This document shows positions 62,308 to 64,000 of a stretch of 64,000 bases of DNA, in pieces (position 1 is the first letter of the stretch; every line of letters starts with the position of its first letter). The notes under the pieces were generated by a model. The model ran no database searches, was not told the origin of the DNA, and worked only from the letters and a program-made list of their open reading frames with translations. Source of the DNA: Chrysomallon squamiferum (Eukaryota > Animalia > Mollusca); contig CM022676.1 of assembly GCA_012295275.1 (NCBI GenBank), positions 868,001 through 932,000 of the forward strand. The letters are read 5' to 3'. Both the position numbers and the translations under genes were made by a program.

Positions 62308-64000
62308 GTATTCCAGACTTATAGCAATCTGCACGCATGCTCTTTTCTTATTGGTGCATTATCTATTTATTATTTTATTTTATTTCATTTAGTTGTATTT
62401 CATTTATCTATTGCTCATGCCTTCAGTTTTCATTCTGTTTTAATCTTTCCTTTTTTGCAGCTTTTATAATATAGTTTAGTAATAAATTCTAATATTTGTA
62501 CTCATAAATTTATTGTTGATTATCCTACATTATGTTTCAGTTCAACTTGTGTTTAAATATTGCTAAAAGAACACAGATTAATATTTGATAACTATTTGGC
62601 TTAGCTTACATTAATATAGTAACATAGCAGATAAGCAAACTATGCTAATTTTGCTAGAACAGAAAATTTAAAACATGAATTTCAAATTTTGATTTAAACT
62701 GTTTAATAAGTTAGCTGTAGGGAAACACTATTTTAATGGTTAAAGTTTTTGAAATGTTTATCATTTGTACCCAGCAGATTATGTAACTGTCAATTTTATT
62801 TAACTCGCTTATTTTAGTGTAGTGACTTGCCTTTAATATTTGTTTGTGTAGGGCAATAATATCAATCTTATTTTTCTTAAAAGAAGAAATTGCTTATTAT
62901 GGTTTAATCTTTAAAGCCATTTAATTTTATAAAATCCATCATGCCTCTTATTAAACTGTTACTGTGTACAATAAATCTTATAATATTTTTTCTACTTGTC
63001 ATTAAAATGATTAATAATGATAATATCACTTTGTCAGTAAATTAAAAATTTAGAATATGTTGATGCATTCAAACAAACTTATACAAGCAAGAATTCTAGG
63101 ATTTCTAAAAATCAGAGAAAAGAAAGAATTGATTAAATAACAAGAATGTATTTGACCCAAAGGCCAATAAAACAATAAAATAAAGATAAATATTTTATGC
63201 AGAATGTTTATACAAATTTTAAATATTTAGTTAATATGAATCATAATATCACATTTTATTTTCAGTTGTATATCAGCATTAACTTTTTCTTGTATTTATT
63301 ATGACATTAATCAAGAAATGTACAATTATTTAAAATATGGATATACAGTTTAATAATGTGTATGTGTGTGTGTCTGAAATAGATTTTAATTTAGAAGATT
63401 AACATTTTATTTTTGCTATGTATTTAATAATGATTAAATAACATCTTTGCTTTTAATTAATATTTTCAAACATCAGTTAATATTTAATATATTACTATTA
63501 CTTTTTAATTTCTTTTTAGTGACAGCACCAATAAGATTTTTTTCCCCATGTCATTGCTGATTTTTTATGGCATTGTTATTAAATATTTTTGTTACTAATA
63601 AATATTTTACTTGTAAATATTTTTATATCAAAATTGTTTCAGAAAGCTCTTTACCACACACATGTGTATGTTTCTTGATAAATATTTTTCATTGGACTTT
63701 TTGTTTATTCTGAACAGTCACTCACACACAGACAAACATAGTAACATTATAAATATGATTGCTTGAAATAAATATTTTATAAATTTAATTAAAATCATTA
63801 TCCATATTTTGATATTGAATATATACTGAACAGCACTGAAAAATGCATCCATGGTATTATTTTCAATATTACATGTTTTAATACAAACATTAGAACATTC
63901 AGTTATATACCACAGACAGTAAAAAAAAATGCACTTTTACGACAATGTACTCCTAGATAAAATCACACAAAATTACATACATACATATTCAAAATATATT

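Overview
AT-rich, microsatellite-rich eukaryotic genomic DNA from an invertebrate animal. A lophotrochozoan or mollusc is a guess from the gene and repeat style only. Six spliced protein-coding genes were reconstructed by hand from GT-AG junctions and reading phase. (1) The 5' 21 exons of SORL1/SorLA on the minus strand (VPS10, YWTD, EGF and LDLa domains), running off the left edge. (2) A large C2H2 zinc-finger gene (+) whose reading frame breaks at an A10 run. (3) An atypical PIM-family kinase (-). (4) A Rhesus-type ammonium transporter (-). (5) Ribosomal protein RPS25 (+). (6) The 5' part of a TMEM145/GPR180-family gene (+). There are also three DNA-transposon relics (pogo/Tigger-like, Tc1-like, and a 1.6-kb element with a 7-bp target-site duplication in RPS25 intron 1). 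The most notable observations are: a tandem pair of homologous TMEM145 exons only 51 nt apart (candidate mutually exclusive splicing); minisatellites that grew out of, and multiply, SORL1 splice sites at four junctions; a -1 frame break joining two paralogous zinc-finger arrays (recoding or homopolymer error); ~180-bp inverted repeats flanking one Rh exon; and a PIM kinase whose glycine-rich loop has no glycines. Most short ORFs in the supplied track are microsatellite or antisense noise.
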